A DNA stretch of 64,000 nucleotides from the human T2T-CHM13v2.0 reference genome, Homo sapiens. Every line of letters begins with the position of its first letter. Position 1 is the first letter of the stretch. The DNA is taken from assembly GCF_009914755.1 (NCBI RefSeq), contig NC_060939.1. One strand, given 5' to 3'. The notes beneath the pieces were generated by a model. It made no database searches, had not been told where the DNA came from, and saw nothing but the letters and a program-made list of their open reading frames with translations. This document shows positions 15,337 through 32,800 of this stretch, piece after piece. Made by a program: the position numbers and the translations under genes.

Positions 15337-16005
15337 CTAATCCAGAACAAAAAAATGGCTAAATTAGTATCTGTTTCCCCTTACCCCCAAAAAGGTAATA
15401 CATGCTATATTAAATGAAAACATTTTATATTTTAATCTAAAATAGAACTGGTACTCAAACGTATCACATATGCAAAAGTTTCTTTGGTCCAAGACTAAGA
15501 AGTCACTTCATATAAAAGTTTTAATGACATTCAGAAAGAAACTCCCAGGACTGAGTACACAGCCTTTACAAAATGTTCTTCACAATCAAAATGTCCCCCA
15601 AATGTTATTCCCATTAATTTAGGAAAACAAATATTTACATTTCCTTTCAATTTGAATATATCAGTATTTACACTAAGTCAAAGTGTACATCCTTTCATCT
15701 TTTAAAAAGAAATCTTATGATTTAAGTTAAATGAAAGTTGAACAAAATATCCTCAAGAAGATTCTGAGAAAGTCACTTCTACAAGAAGCAGTGAGGCACA
15801 TGAGCACATGATTCCCTGTCCTGAGATATGACATACAATGTATTTGTAAAAATAGAAAATAATCATGTCAAGAAGGTTAAAAAAAAAAAAAAAGAGGGGG
15901 TAGAGGAAAGAAGGAAAAAGAGAAGATGGGTGGGAAGGAAGGGAGAGATAGAAAGCAAATGCGACAAAAGGTTAATAATTGATTAATCCATCAAGAATTC
16001 ACCAC

Positions 16006-16295
<290 letters not shown>

Positions 16296-17034
16296 AAGAA
16301 TTTCACCATACTATTCTTGCAACCTTTCCGCAGGTTTGAAATCTTCAAAAAAAAATTAAAAACTGAATTATGATTGTTCCAGTATGTCTTTAGGACACTA
16401 TCAAATTTTAAAAGAAAAACCATATTTCCACTTAAATATTTTTATCATTTTGTACTTCATCTATTCATTAACAGGGACTTTAGAATTTAACAGCAAATGA
16501 CAGTGCTTTCACAGCTAAAATCAATTAAGAGAAATCAGAAAAATAATAATAGGAAAATCAGAAACCATCTGGTCAATTCATGCCTTTATATAGACATTAC
16601 ACTGGTAAGATCATATTTTCTTTTAATTAACTTTATTATAAGATTTTCAGTGAGAAGTTATTTAGTTTATATTTATACTTAAAGTTTTCCCTATTTGATT
16701 TTTAAAAGAAATACAATCAAATGGATAAGCGTATTACGATAACTGCTCTAATTAGCTTTCTATAGACAAGTTACAACAAAGTTACTAAACCATTTAAAAA
16801 AAGTCTAATATTGCTTCTCCTCCCCTTCCCATTCTCCCCACTTCAAAAACAAGTCTAGTATTTAGAATCCCTAATAAAGCATGTAACAGAAGGCAATTCA
16901 AAATAGGTCTGCAAGAACAGCATTATACTACGACTGTTGCCTTGCTCCCATTAAATATAATAAATATATGGCAACAAAATACAAATTTGAATTACTGTTA
17001 AAATTCAGAAAGCTGAAAAGAAAAATGTGTTTCA

Positions 17035-17398
<364 letters not shown>

Positions 17399-17971
17399 TC
17401 ACATGCAAATTTAACCCAGCAAGGGGTTGAGAACTTTTATGATATTCAAAATTTAATACCTTTTCTACACTGACAACTGAGTAGAGAGAAAATACCAAAT
17501 AATTTGTGAGAATTTAATATATTTTCTTCAAGCTAGTTCTACTTTTGGAGCTCAGTCCTGAGAAGCACATCATTATTTCTGGAAACCAGAAAATATATAA
17601 ATAAGTATTCTGTATATAATAATTATTGTACACACAGCATAGTTTTAAACAAATAGTAAATTAATATCCTGCCTTAGTGAAGATTTGTCATGTGCAAATT
17701 GGTCCAATGCAGTACTGTCAAACTTGAATTAAGCATAGAAGACTCCACACTTCAAATCTTTATCAGTTAAAAAAAAAAAAAGTAAATAGGCATATTTTTA
17801 AATCTCTGATAATATACATTTTTCTGCACTTTTAGGGTCTGGCTAATTTAAGAGAAGAGTATACATAAATTAGAATATACTATTCTGAAATATAGTAATT
17901 TATATATTGCCTAACTTCTTAAACAACTGCTTTTGGTCTTTATGATTATCGCTTATATGAAAGTTTAAAAT

Positions 17972-18268
17972 GGCCGGGCGCAGTGGCTCACGTCTGTAAT
18001 CCCAACACTTTGGGTGGCGGCGGCAGGCGGATCACCTGAGATCAGGAGTTGGAGACCAGCATAACCAACATGTTGAAACCTCATCTTTACTAAAATTACA
18101 AAAATTAGCCAGGCGAGGTGGTGCATGCATGTAATCCCAGCTACTCAGGAGGCTGAGGCAGGGGAATCATTTGAACCCAGGAGGCGGGGGTTGCCATGAG
18201 CAGAGATCATGCCACTGCACTCCAGCCTGAGCAACAGAGCGAGACTTCGTTTCAAAAAAAAAAAAAAA
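17972..18268 (+). mobile_element. AluS
   Basis: Full dimer; TSD about aagtttaa. Confidence 0.9.
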
Positions 18269-20359
18269 GGAAGTTTAATATTTGTTGCAGGCTAATAGCA
18301 TATGTTGGAGTAACTTGATTATACAGGAAGAAATAAAATACTATTTGTAACTCTGAAAGTTATGGTTTAATTTTTTTAAATACTGCAACTAGTTTTGATA
18401 TGCCAGAAAACTCAGTAATGAGGTATCATATATACCCACAGCTAAACCATTAACTCAAACTCAATTGCTATATATTTTAAATTTAAGATTTTACTATACA
18501 TATATTTATCACTGACAAATACATAAGTTGTGAATAACAATGAGAAGGGTGAAACGTTTTCAATTCGGGTCAAAAGTAATTATTGATGAAGGATTCAATA
18601 AGCAACAAAGAAGTATAATGACAATTTTCTATCTACAGGATAGTTTGAGAGCTAAAGTTAGAGTATCTGTCCTAAACTTCAAAACAGACCCACTCCACCC
18701 CACCCCCCAAAAAAAAGTCTTAGAAAAAAATACAAGAGTAATATGATACCTTGACATATTCCATAAATACAGTTTTGATGTGAGGAGGCCAAAAATTAAT
18801 AGTAGCATGCTGATCATACAATATTAATGTAAGCAATAATTCTGGACCAGACCATAGTAATACTCCCACAAGTGATACCAGGAAATGTGAGAGCACAGGC
18901 ATTTGGCTTTCAAGTCTGGAGAGCACTACTCACATGCAATGGGTAGGGATCAAAGATGTTAAATATCCAAGGGATCCAGACAAGCATTAAATGCCAATAG
19001 CAAGTGTCCTATTGCAATATTTCAATGATGTAATTTTCCCAGCATTTGAAGTTATACTTTTAAACTATGGGTTAAGAATTCAATAAGCTGTGGGTTATCC
19101 CGAGAACCCTGTGTTAAGTTCTGTACGCTCTCAAATTTTAATATGTAATATCAAACTAAAACATCTAATCTAAAGAAAACAGAAGAGACTATTTCTACCA
19201 AATGAAATGCCTCAAAAGATGTTCTTCACAAATAGAGGAGTACTGAAGGTTTCAGGACTAACTGTAGAGATGAATTCCAAAGCCAGCCTCATTCAACGAC
19301 CAAGCCGAACTGAGACTATGTTCATTCAGTTAACTGATAAGACCTATAGGTAGAAACATGAAGACTCAAAAGAAGGGCAAAGACAGAACTACAATGAAAA
19401 AACAGCCAGAAGCAAAATGATTTTCCTGAATTTACAGACAGAAAACACACAAGAATCCTGTCTCCCAGCTCTCAGTCCATTGCTCTTCCCATTATGCCAT
19501 GACAATTACCCAAAATTATATCAAAATATTATAGCTTAGTATGATTTTATAACTCTTCTCTCTCAAGAAAGAAGAAAACAGATTCCACCAATGTATAACC
19601 TCTACTAAGAAGCAGAAAACATTTCAGCTTCTTATTTGAAACATCAAAGAAAAGGCTAAGATGTTACTGTGTGTGTGTGTGTAGATTGTATTTATATATA
19701 TATAAAATACCTAGTAATATAATTACCAAATGAACTGAATCTGGAGTCAAAAGGTCCAGATTCCAGATCCTGTTCCACCTCTAGCTGTGTGGTATTAGGT
19801 TGGTCACAAAGTTTCTGAACACAAGTTTCCTCATCTGTAGAAGGGAGACAATAATACCTACACCTCATAAGGGTATTGAAATAATCAAGAATAAATATAT
19901 AACATTCCTTGTTTTAAAAAAAAAAATGTCAAATATGAAACTCAGTTCAGCTAGTAGTAAGTGCAAAGACAAGTGAAGAAGCTGGCAGTGTTATTTCAAG
20001 GCAGGTAACCTACACTCGAAAAAGTTGGACCAAAGGAACAAAGATCCCTTTTCTTTCCCACTATGGCCTCTATTCTTCTGTGCCTGCCTAGCCCCTCCCC
20101 AGCAGCTCTTAGAAGATGGCTTCCAAGAGCTGAAGTTGGGGGTTTAACATAGAGTAATGGAAGCGGACATCTAATGTCTGAAAGAAAGAGAGATAATAAT
20201 ATAAAAGGAAAAAAAGCAGAGGGGGGGAAAATGGGGATACAAAGTTGACAACGGGAGTCTTCGTTTTCTATTCTGGTTGCCAATCACCATATTTTTGCTC
20301 ATGAAGTACACAGGAAGTATCTTGTTTCACCTTTAAGAAGACCCTAATAATGAAAATAG

Positions 20360-20663
<304 letters not shown>

Positions 20664-21134
20664 TCAGGAAAATGAGCAGCATCACAAATGGTGATCCAAA
20701 TATCACAAACAATGAGACATAAACACTGAGTGTCCCAAAAACCCATAACTACAGTTTAATCATAAGGAAAACATCAGACAGATTCCAAATAGGGGAGCAT
20801 TCTAAAATATACCTCATCAGTACTCCTCAAAACTGTCAGGGGAGGGAGGAAGGAGATTTGAGAATACCTAATCTGTTCAATTTTTTGTAAATCTAAAACT
20901 GCTCTAAAAAATAAAGCTTACTTTTTACAACAAAATGAGTAGCTGAATCTAAAGACATGAGAATATCTGAAGATTTAGGAAGAATTTTACCAAATTCCTA
21001 CAGAATCATTACATCCTTAAGTACAATAGTCTGTAACTGAAAATGCAAAATGGCAGAAAGTTTTTAGTTTAAGATCACATACTCACTTACCCAGGAGGCA
21101 TTTTGTGAGCAAGCTTTAGAGACAAAAATATTAA

Positions 21135-21325
21135 TGTGGTGCTTCTCAAACTTCACTGTGCATCAGAATCACTTTGAGAACTTGTTCAAACTAAGACTGT
21201 TGGGCTCCACATCTATAGTTTCTGATTCAAGAGACCGGGGTAGTGCCTATGAACTTATATTTCTAACAAGTTCCTAGGTGATGCTGATGGTGCTAGTCCA
21301 TGGATCACACTTGGAGAACCACTTG
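21135..21325. mobile_element. MER5A-like MITE
   Basis: gtgcttctcaaactt...catcagaatcac...ctaacaagttcctaggtgatgctgatg...cacacttggagaaccact. Confidence 0.75.
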
Positions 21326-22753
21326 TTTGAGACTTCACAGCTACTGTATTAATGGATAATATACAAATAAAATCATATGAGACCCTGAGTTTTTAGTAGT
21401 ACTTACTAATGAATAGGGAGAAGAAATCACAGACTTTGTGATAAAATCATCCAACCATTGAAGGGGCAAAGAGGTTTCAGAGTATGAAAGTTTCGAACAT
21501 GAAAAATCATAGGAAAGAGTGAGCTGTACAATCTGCTGACTAATCCAAGTAACAAAAAAGTACAGATTATCATAAAAGACAAATATCCAAAAGTACTGCA
21601 CTATTAATATGCAGCCCATGACATAAACTTATACTTTAAAATGACATCATGAAATTGAGTACATTTTAAAACATAGAAGAAAAACAAAAGAAGCTATGGA
21701 AATTGTAAAAGTATTGACTTAAGATACTGACTTTTAAAAAAGGAGAAAGAAATACAAAGGAAAATACAGCACTACTTAAGATCTTAAAATATACAAAACA
21801 AATCAAAGAATAAACTAATAAGAATAGGAATACAAAAGCTTCTCTTACTCTGGATAAAGCAGAAGTTTTTTTTAAAAAAAAAAACATAGAAATGAAGTAT
21901 CAGAAGGAGAATCTGTTGTATATAGCTCAGAAGATAATATACTATTGATTAAACTCTACTTGGCACAATTTATATTCAAAGAGCCTGGGGTCCTTTCCAC
22001 TCATCTTTCAATTAATAAATTTGGATTTCTAAACTAGGCAACTGAACTTATACAGTAAATCACAGCTCCTCCACAACACTCCACCCCCACTGTAATGGGA
22101 AGGGTATTGTCCCATCCCAACATTATCAATGACAATAGCTTTCATGGCTAAGGCAGAGACTCGGCAGAGTATGAACCCAGGTGATGATGTCAATGGAGTT
22201 GTGGGTACCAGGGGCTTCCTGCCTACATCTCTTTCATGCAGTGCTTCCCTTTTATTAAAATAAAGGCTAGAAATAAAATAATAAAGGCAGGCTTTCTTTT
22301 CCTTTTACCTGCCACTCTTGATGAGGATTTCTCTCCTCTTTATCTCACTACAGAAGAGAGAGCAAGACACAGTTTTCCTCTTTTGATTCTAAGTACCCTA
22401 TTTTGGAGGGGAAAAAAGTTAATAAATATATAACATTTATTAACTTTTGTGGAAAAATTAAATTTCCCTTTGGGTTTCAGAATTACCACTTTTTCTCATA
22501 AAATTATTTATTTCATTTGGTCCATTCAAATGTCAGGAATCAGGATATTTCCCTGTATGCGTTTCAAAATAAAAAGCTCCTTCATCTATTGTGGCTTTTA
22601 CATTATGCTTATGAGTCTTGCCTAACTCAAGTAGCATAAATTAGGATATTATACAGGCATCACTTTCTCCTATACTTTGAAAATTCAACATTCTCTGAAA
22701 ACTCCCCTTTGTTTCAAGTAGTAAGTTAAGACATATTTAATATGATAAACTAC

Positions 22754-22937
22754 CTGAAGGTGCTCCAACCCAAGCCAGACCAAGTACGCCATCATCAAAA
22801 TCTCGGTCTGTGAAGACATAGGCCAAACAGTAGTCATCATGATTCTGCTCAGAATTCAATTCCAGAAACTTCTCCACACCAATATTTGGGAAACGGAAAG
22901 GATTTGTAGGGTCCTTCTCATCAGCAGTTGTATTGAT
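22754..22937 (-). CDS. ADAM10: ADAM10 coding exon 8 (184 nt)
   Basis: [61 protein letters not shown](G); ttttag|AT and CAG|gtagtt. Confidence 0.96.
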
Positions 22938-24161
22938 CTAAAATCCAAAACAATAATTTAGTAAGTAATTAATGTTAGCAGAGCTTTAGTGTGAATGTCT
23001 GCTCACCTTCTTCTGCGTACACCTGGACAATATGCTCCCATGGAAATCAGGCCTGAATTAAGGCTTCTAAGGTTGTTCCCACTGCCCACATCCCTGAGCT
23101 GATCACAGAAGGCAAAACAATAACAACAAATAAAAAAGAAAGGCTAGGTAGGGAAATTAAAATTGAAGATGTTAAATTTCTGAGCAAGTATTCACCAGAT
23201 TCCTGAACACTGAACACTTGGGAAGAAAAAACAAGTTTTGCTTTCAAAACCTTTAGTAAAGGAAGTATAGTTTTTCAAATTTAATTCTCTGAACAAGTCT
23301 CCTTTAGTCCTAATCTCCTACATATGGTGACACTTACAAGGATATAAAACCCTGTATTTTAACTAATTACTAGAATATAAAATAGGTATCAAACCCAAGA
23401 CTGTCAGTTCAGCAGACAAATCATTTTCCTGGTTTTCCTTGCCTAGAGAGTCACATGAGCCAAGCCAAACTAACTGCAAATTTATTTTTTTTTCCTGAAT
23501 GTGGGCAAGAATTTTGCTAATTTAAACTCACTTCTTTTACTCTTTGAAGCTGAGTTCTTCCAGAATGTTTCTTTTGATACTTAGCTACTATACTCCTACC
23601 ACAGGTTCCTCCTTCAGAATCTGAATAATCTGTTCTAATACCAGACTTCTATTAAACAAAAGCTTTTATTTATTAGCCCCTGCATCCTTTCAGAGACCTG
23701 TGTGTCTCCTCTGAAGTCCTAGAACGATTTGGCTTTCCCCAGGTAAGCCAAGGAATTACAATATGAAAGTAAATGTTTTTACCGAAAGGCAAACCTCAGT
23801 CTGTTTGAAAATGTTGGCAGTAAGAGGATGACATAATGGTTGATACAACAAGAGCTACAGGTCTCTTTATGACCTGTACTCTCCAGTAAAACCAAGAGGC
23901 TCAGAAGCAGGGAGGCAAAAACACCATTGAGGGCAACTGCTTAAGAACAGATTTCAGAACATCTGGTTTATCTATTAACAATTAACGAAAAACAATCAGT
24001 TACGGCCATTTAACACTAAAACAATTCAAAAGCAAGCACACTGTATGTTACAGATAGTCCATGCTTGAAGACATGCTGTAGATGGCTTTCTCCCACTAAA
24101 TATAAAAATGAAATTTCCTAGTAATTCTCTAATACTGGCTATAAATAAAAATTGCATGTAA

Positions 24162-24474
<313 letters not shown>

Positions 24475-25862
24475 TTACCTATATTTAAATGGATTATTAA
24501 TATAGCTGACAGAAATTTTAAATTAATAGGTTATGAACAATCTTCAACAGATAAAACTTTACTAAAGTTTTAATAAGAGGTAAGGTCTAAAAACAACCAA
24601 CTACCACATCATTTACTTATATACATGCATTTCTTCATAATACATATCATTTTCCTCAAAGGTGCGTCACTAAAATGTGTTCAGGTGCTCTCTACTTTTC
24701 ATTACTTGCATTTTATTGCTCTGCCTACTAAACAGCAACACTTATACCTCTTATCACTGTTACTTGCTCATTTAAGGATTTATATTGTTCACAGAATACA
24801 TGAAAGCAATTAATTATGAACAATTCTTATACTGTAAATCAATAAATCATATTTCACCTTAAGAAAATCCAATTTAAGATTTAATCACACTGCTTCTAAA
24901 TTTAAGGACTACCTACAGCTATGTGGCTGAATGTATATACTAAACTTCTCTAGTATAGACATTTTATCCAACCACATTTGAAGAAAAATAGGAAAGCATA
25001 AATATTAAGGAACCCTGTGGCAAATACTTTTGTGAAAGGATGATTTTTTTTTAAGTTCGGTTGTTTATTTAGCATATAAATACTGTTTCTTTAAAAGCTA
25101 TACATATATATTTAGAATATTCAGAAATCTTTTGAAAAAATAGCCTAAATTTGTCAGTAATTTAATATTTATTTATTTACCTGTAATTTATAACATTAGA
25201 ACTCATACTACGTGACCCTATGGCTCCGGATCAGCTTTTCTCAAAATGCCTAAAGTATTTTGGAATCTGTTGATGTTAATATATTTTTTCTAAAAAAAAA
25301 GTTTCATGGTCAAAAATTTAGAAAAATATGGGTTTCTTTCCTGAAAGACTTCTCAAAACTTGATATATGTTACTGTGAGTTGTGAATTTTCAAGAAGATT
25401 ATAGTACTAAGGGTTTTTCCAACTTCCAATTTTATTTAAACACTGTATTTATCCTTTTTCTCCCCTGGAACACCAAATGGAACATACAGTGAAAAACACT
25501 GCACAAAGCAAATTTTAGGAAACTGAGGGATAATTGGGGAAAAGTCAAGCACTATAGCCATAGTTATTGAAGGGTCAGAGCTTTCTTAATAATATGTTAA
25601 TCAGACAGACTGAATACACACTTTACCTCTACTGTAGACTGGATTAAGACCTTATACATTTAATTCTTAAATCATAAACCCAAGTATCTGTGTGTGTGTG
25701 GGTGTGTAAATGCCAGGAGTAAAAAACTGCATCAACAGATACAATTAAACTAAACTACTTAATTCATAAAGATAAAATTAAAAGCAAGCTTTTGTGTGTG
25801 TGTGTAAACATAGTCTGGACTGTTTCACTTTTTAAGTGTTTTTAACTATTTAAGTTCCTTAC

Positions 25863-25955
25863 TCTTATGCGTTTCACCATGAAACTGATGTTACGGATTC
25901 CGGAGAAGTCTGTGGTCTGGTAAATTGTATCAATCGCTTTAACATGACTGGATAT
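25863..25955 (-). CDS. ADAM10: ADAM10 coding exon 7 (93 nt)
   Basis: [31 protein letters not shown]; tcatag|AT and AGA|gtaagg. Confidence 0.96.
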
Positions 25956-26171
25956 CTATGATTTAAAAAAAAGAACATTTTAGAGGCAATGTTGAAATAT
26001 GAAAAAGATTATAAATTTCCATTTCCAAAATCAGTAATTATTCATGTCCTGCCACATTCAAATTTTAAAATGTCAACATTATATACTGGACATAAATATA
26101 AAAAAGATTAGTGAGCTGCGCTGGGAAGGGAGATTCTACTTTCTTTTCCAGACTCCTCTGGCCAACAATAA

Positions 26172-26692
<521 letters not shown>

Positions 26693-28031
26693 TGACTTTA
26701 ATCCTTCTATTGCTGCACATTCTGTAAACTTTGTTGACCCCTTTCTATATTCTTGGCACTGTTTTAGGCACTGGGGATATAGTGGTGAACAAAATACAGA
26801 AGGTCCCTATAAATTTACAGAGGCTTACTTTAGTAGCGGAAGAAAGGAGGGAGATAATACAAATATAATAAACATACATTCAGATTTTGCTAAATTCTAC
26901 AAGGAGATAAACGATGATAAACCCAAAAGTATCCGTTTACCTAGCTGACCCCCAACTAAACTTTCTGACTTCTAAACCACTCTGTAAACAACCTTCCCAA
27001 CTTCATTTACAAAAAGTACTCTTGCTACCATTTATGTGAAAACATGTATGTATAGTCTCAAAGTTATTTTCAAAGAAATTGTAAAAACATAAACATAAAA
27101 CATAAAACAAGATGGTCAAGTAAAAGCATTAACAATAATCATTTCAAAGGTAGCCCACGCTGCCAAACACTGCTAATGAAATTCCTAACTGCTCATAGGG
27201 CTCATTATAAAATTCACGCTATTTTGTCTTGAAATTTATTTGTTCCTTGGTAAATCCTACAAAATCTCCTACCTTATTACTATTATGTTTTCCTCACTAG
27301 CTTCTCTTCCTCAACCTATTCACCATATACAGATAGCTCCAATTTCTTCTCCTTTGGTTTCATTCTTTCCACATTCAATCTCTCAAGGCTACCCTTCCCT
27401 CAAGCTCTAGTTTCACATTTTCAAAATCCTAAGGGAAGAACTACCTAGCTTTTATACATGTTTAAAAGGAAGTTCATCCTCACCACCAAAATGATTCATT
27501 TATACTAGTCGTACCTCCATCTTCTCCATTTCAAATCCTTTGAGTCAAAAGTTCATTCATCAAATTCTCACTGGGTACCTTCCACACGAAGGACATTTTG
27601 AAGGGCACCCTCAAAATATTTATACTTTAATGAGGGTTGAGAAGACACAAGTACAAATAATAATGTAACTTAGAAAGTGCTACATACAATAAAAATACAG
27701 AAAAAAAATTAAATACTTCCAGTTGGAAGGATTCCTCCAACTTTCCCTCCTTTAAGACCACAAATGAAAATTCAACTCTCTTTCCAAAGCTAAACTTCAG
27801 TGTCATCATCTCCTTCAGGAAATCATTGTCTTACCCCTCTCTTTTGACACTAAAATATCCCAACTGGTCTTTCAGTTATCCATGTACTTATCTTACACAT
27901 TTTATCACATCACAACTGAAAACACATACTTTTTCCCAAAAAGAGAATACACTAACTTAAATTTTTAAAGGAAAGAATAGGCATTATAAAACAATATGGG
28001 AACTACTAAAATAGCGCATAATCATAAATAC

Positions 28032-28181
28032 CTGGGCAATCACAGCTTCTCGTGTTCCGTAATATTTAAAGAACAAATGATCAGTCTGAATATAAAGCTG
28101 ACAAGTATTTTTTTCAGCTGAAGTTGTACGTTTTTTCCTCAGAAGTTCTGGACCATTAGCAGCATGTTCTTCTTGAGGTAT
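28032..28181 (-). CDS. ADAM10: ADAM10 coding exon 6 (150 nt; RKKR proprotein-convertase site, start of catalytic domain)
   Basis: [50 protein letters not shown] read manually (not in ORF track); gtatag|AT and CAG|gtattt; RKKR at 28128-28139. Confidence 0.96.
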
Positions 28182-28429
28182 CTATACATCAAAAAGTCAT
28201 TTCTGACAATTAGTATGCTTCAATACTATCATTTTATCTAATTAAGAATACATACTATAAACAATTTCATATTCTGCTTTATATAACACCATAGGTATTT
28301 CTGCTGCCATTAAAAGTTCATAAAATCACTTTGTCTCATAATCTTCTCCATATAGATTATTTACTATCTATTCAAGGAACTCCTTCACTTTTAAACATTT
28401 TCAAAACATGTATTTTAATATGTATTCAT

Positions 28430-29841
<1,412 letters not shown>

Positions 29842-32800
29842 TCAATTAAGTATTTCTTCAAAGAATTACCACTGCTATTGAATCCAGTCAAACATTTGTG
29901 AACACCTAAAAGGATCATCTTAAGTATTTTTGATGGCACAGTAATATAGAACCCAAATTGAATTTTAAGTCACAATTTCTTCTTCCTTGACATTTCCTTC
30001 TCCCTTAATAATTCCATGTGAACATACACAAAATGAAAAATTTGTATTATATGCCAAACACACAAAAAAGGGTAACTATGTGAAATGATGGAAATGTTTA
30101 TTTGCTTCACTATAGTAACCATTTTGACTATCTATATGTGTCCCATAACATCATGTAATATACCTGATATATACACAATAAAACTTATTTTTAAAACAAT
30201 TTGTATTATAGATGGGTACCAACACTACTGAAACAGTGTAACATTTGGGGGAACTGTCCCCAAAGCCTACCTTGAATACTGTTCCACTCAGGATTTTGAT
30301 TTAGATGGTCTCCAGGTCTCAGTTTACACAGTTTGTAAATGACTCAAACATTGAGAAGTATTTCAAATCCATGTTATTTGTGAAATGCAGTTTATATTTA
30401 CAATCATGTTATTCCACACAAAAAGGAATTTATCTTAGCTAATGGTGAAGTTTTATGTGTGAAAGATTTTCTACTCCAGACCAAAGGAAAAAAAACTGGA
30501 TGCTTTAATGTGAAAATTCTATTTAAAGAAAGGTTTTAAATAAGAAAACAGTCTGAAATATGAAAAAGTGTTCCAAGCAGAAAAAAATAACATAAAGGTG
30601 TTCAAGTTTATTATATCAAGTAGTTCAGCTCTCCCATATCTTCACTGGGTTTTATTTTTTGTACAACTGTTCTCTTATTTATCATATGATTTTTCTATTA
30701 TTCCTTCCGGTTTTGTCAACTTTTGCCTTACATATTCTGAAGTTATAATATTACGGACATACAAATTAAAGGCTGCTATAACATAATGGAGAACTAAACT
30801 TTTTATCATTATGACATATCTATTTTAGTAATGCTTTTTTTTTGCCTTAAAATCTACTTTGGCTGATAATAGACATATTTTTGTTAGAGTCATCAAAGTT
30901 TACATCTTGTGCTGTTTTACTTTCCATCTTTTCTGCATCCTTATATTTTAGGAGCAGTTTTTGTAAAACAGTTTGTGGGGTTTTGTTGCTGTTAAATCCA
31001 ATCTGATAATATTTATCTTTTAATCGGTGCATTTAATCCATTTACCTTTAATATAATTACAGATATTTTGGGGTTTAAATCTCCAATTTTATTATCTTCT
31101 ATTTGTCCTGCCTGTTCAATAGTCTTCTTTAACTTCTTTCTTGCCTTGTTTTGGATTTTGAATTTTTATTCTATCCCTTCCCCCATTAGCTTGTTAGTTA
31201 TATATTTTACTAATACTTGACTTACCAAAATCAAATATAAATTATAACATTTACTTGTTCCTAGAAAAGAACCTCAGAACACTTAAATTACATTTTTCTC
31301 ACTCCAATTTTAACTCCCTCTATATCCACATACACAACATACAAATATATACCACCCTACAAGTCTTTACTATTAGTGCTTTGTAGTATACAGTCAATAC
31401 TCAAAATTATCTAATGTGTTCTTTATTCAATACTTCATCTACAAGTTAGCATTTGAGCCCGCAATCTTTTCAACAGGAAAAAAACTACTTTTAGCGTGTC
31501 AGATGGTTATATATTCCATTTGAAATGTGTTAATTTTACTTTGATCTATTCTTCTGAGTAGAGCATCCTAGAGGATGGCAGTTTCTCTGTTTCAGCATAT
31601 CCTACTGTCTTCTGTCTTTTTAACTGCTTCCAATGAGAAATGAGCTGCCATGTTTACTGTTGCTTAAGAGTGATTAAACTTTTTCTCACCGGCTGCTTTT
31701 AAGATTATATCTTTGGCTTTCGGACTTCTCAAATAATGTGCTATGGTATTGTTTTCAGTGTAAAGCATTTATCCTGCCCTAATTACAGGGCTTAATGAAT
31801 GTGTTGTTTGATATCTCTCTGTTACATTGGAAAAATTCTCAGCCATTACCTGTCCTTGACTCTCCATTTTCCTCCTTCTAGGACATCAATTACATAATAC
31901 ATATATCAGACCTTCTGAAGGTATCATCTATTTCTCTTATGCTCTTTTCTGTATTTTCCATCCTTTTCTTAGCAGTTTGCTCTATTTTCTTATACTATCC
32001 AAATCTAAATCCATCAAATTCCTAATTTTTGTTGTTAACATTTGTCAATTCTAAATTTCCCATCAAGTTCTTTTGTTAATTTTCAATTTTCTGCTAAAAT
32101 TTTAAATTTAGTCTTTATGACTTGAATATATTAAAGTCTGTGTCAGATAATTTTCTTATCCAGGTACCATTTCCTTTGTCAGTTGACTCTCTTGTTCTTC
32201 CATCATGTTGTTTTGTTTGTTCATATACTGGTTACATTGAACTGAGTGCCAGGCTATGTATATGGATAACCACAGATTTGATGTGAAGTTGTGATTGACA
32301 CCTTTCTCAAAAGATTTACTTTCACTTCTGGTAAGCAGAGTTAGGCTTGGTGCACTAGTAATCCTGGATCACCTTAATCCAGTTAGGGACTGAGATGTGG
32401 TGTGAAACTTTAATCCCTGTGAAGAGAGACTGAACATTTTATAATTTATACCCTTATTCTTAGGGAGTAGTCCTTCAAGGTCCCAACCAAAAGCTCTTCT
32501 GGGCAGATCCTAAACAATATTTTCATCCTCAGCCTCATGTGTCTGCACAGTTCTACTCTCCCTCTCAGTCTCTCAGCCACCTCCTCAGAAACTCAAAGAC
32601 ACACCTGGAGAAAAGGTAGAACCAAATACCAGTATCACCATTCTAGCTGTATACTTTTTTCTGAAATCTTGGCCGCGTACTACTTCACAGTCATGTTATC
32701 TTTCCAATGCCTTCAAATAAATACACACAAATATACAAAACACGTATATGGAAATATACATACACATATATTTTTAAAATATTTTTATTTTCAGGCCAGG

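Noticed and set aside
22181-22260. Box C-like GTGATGA suggesting an intronic snoRNA
   Set aside because: Antisense to the host transcript, with no suitably placed box D or terminal stem.
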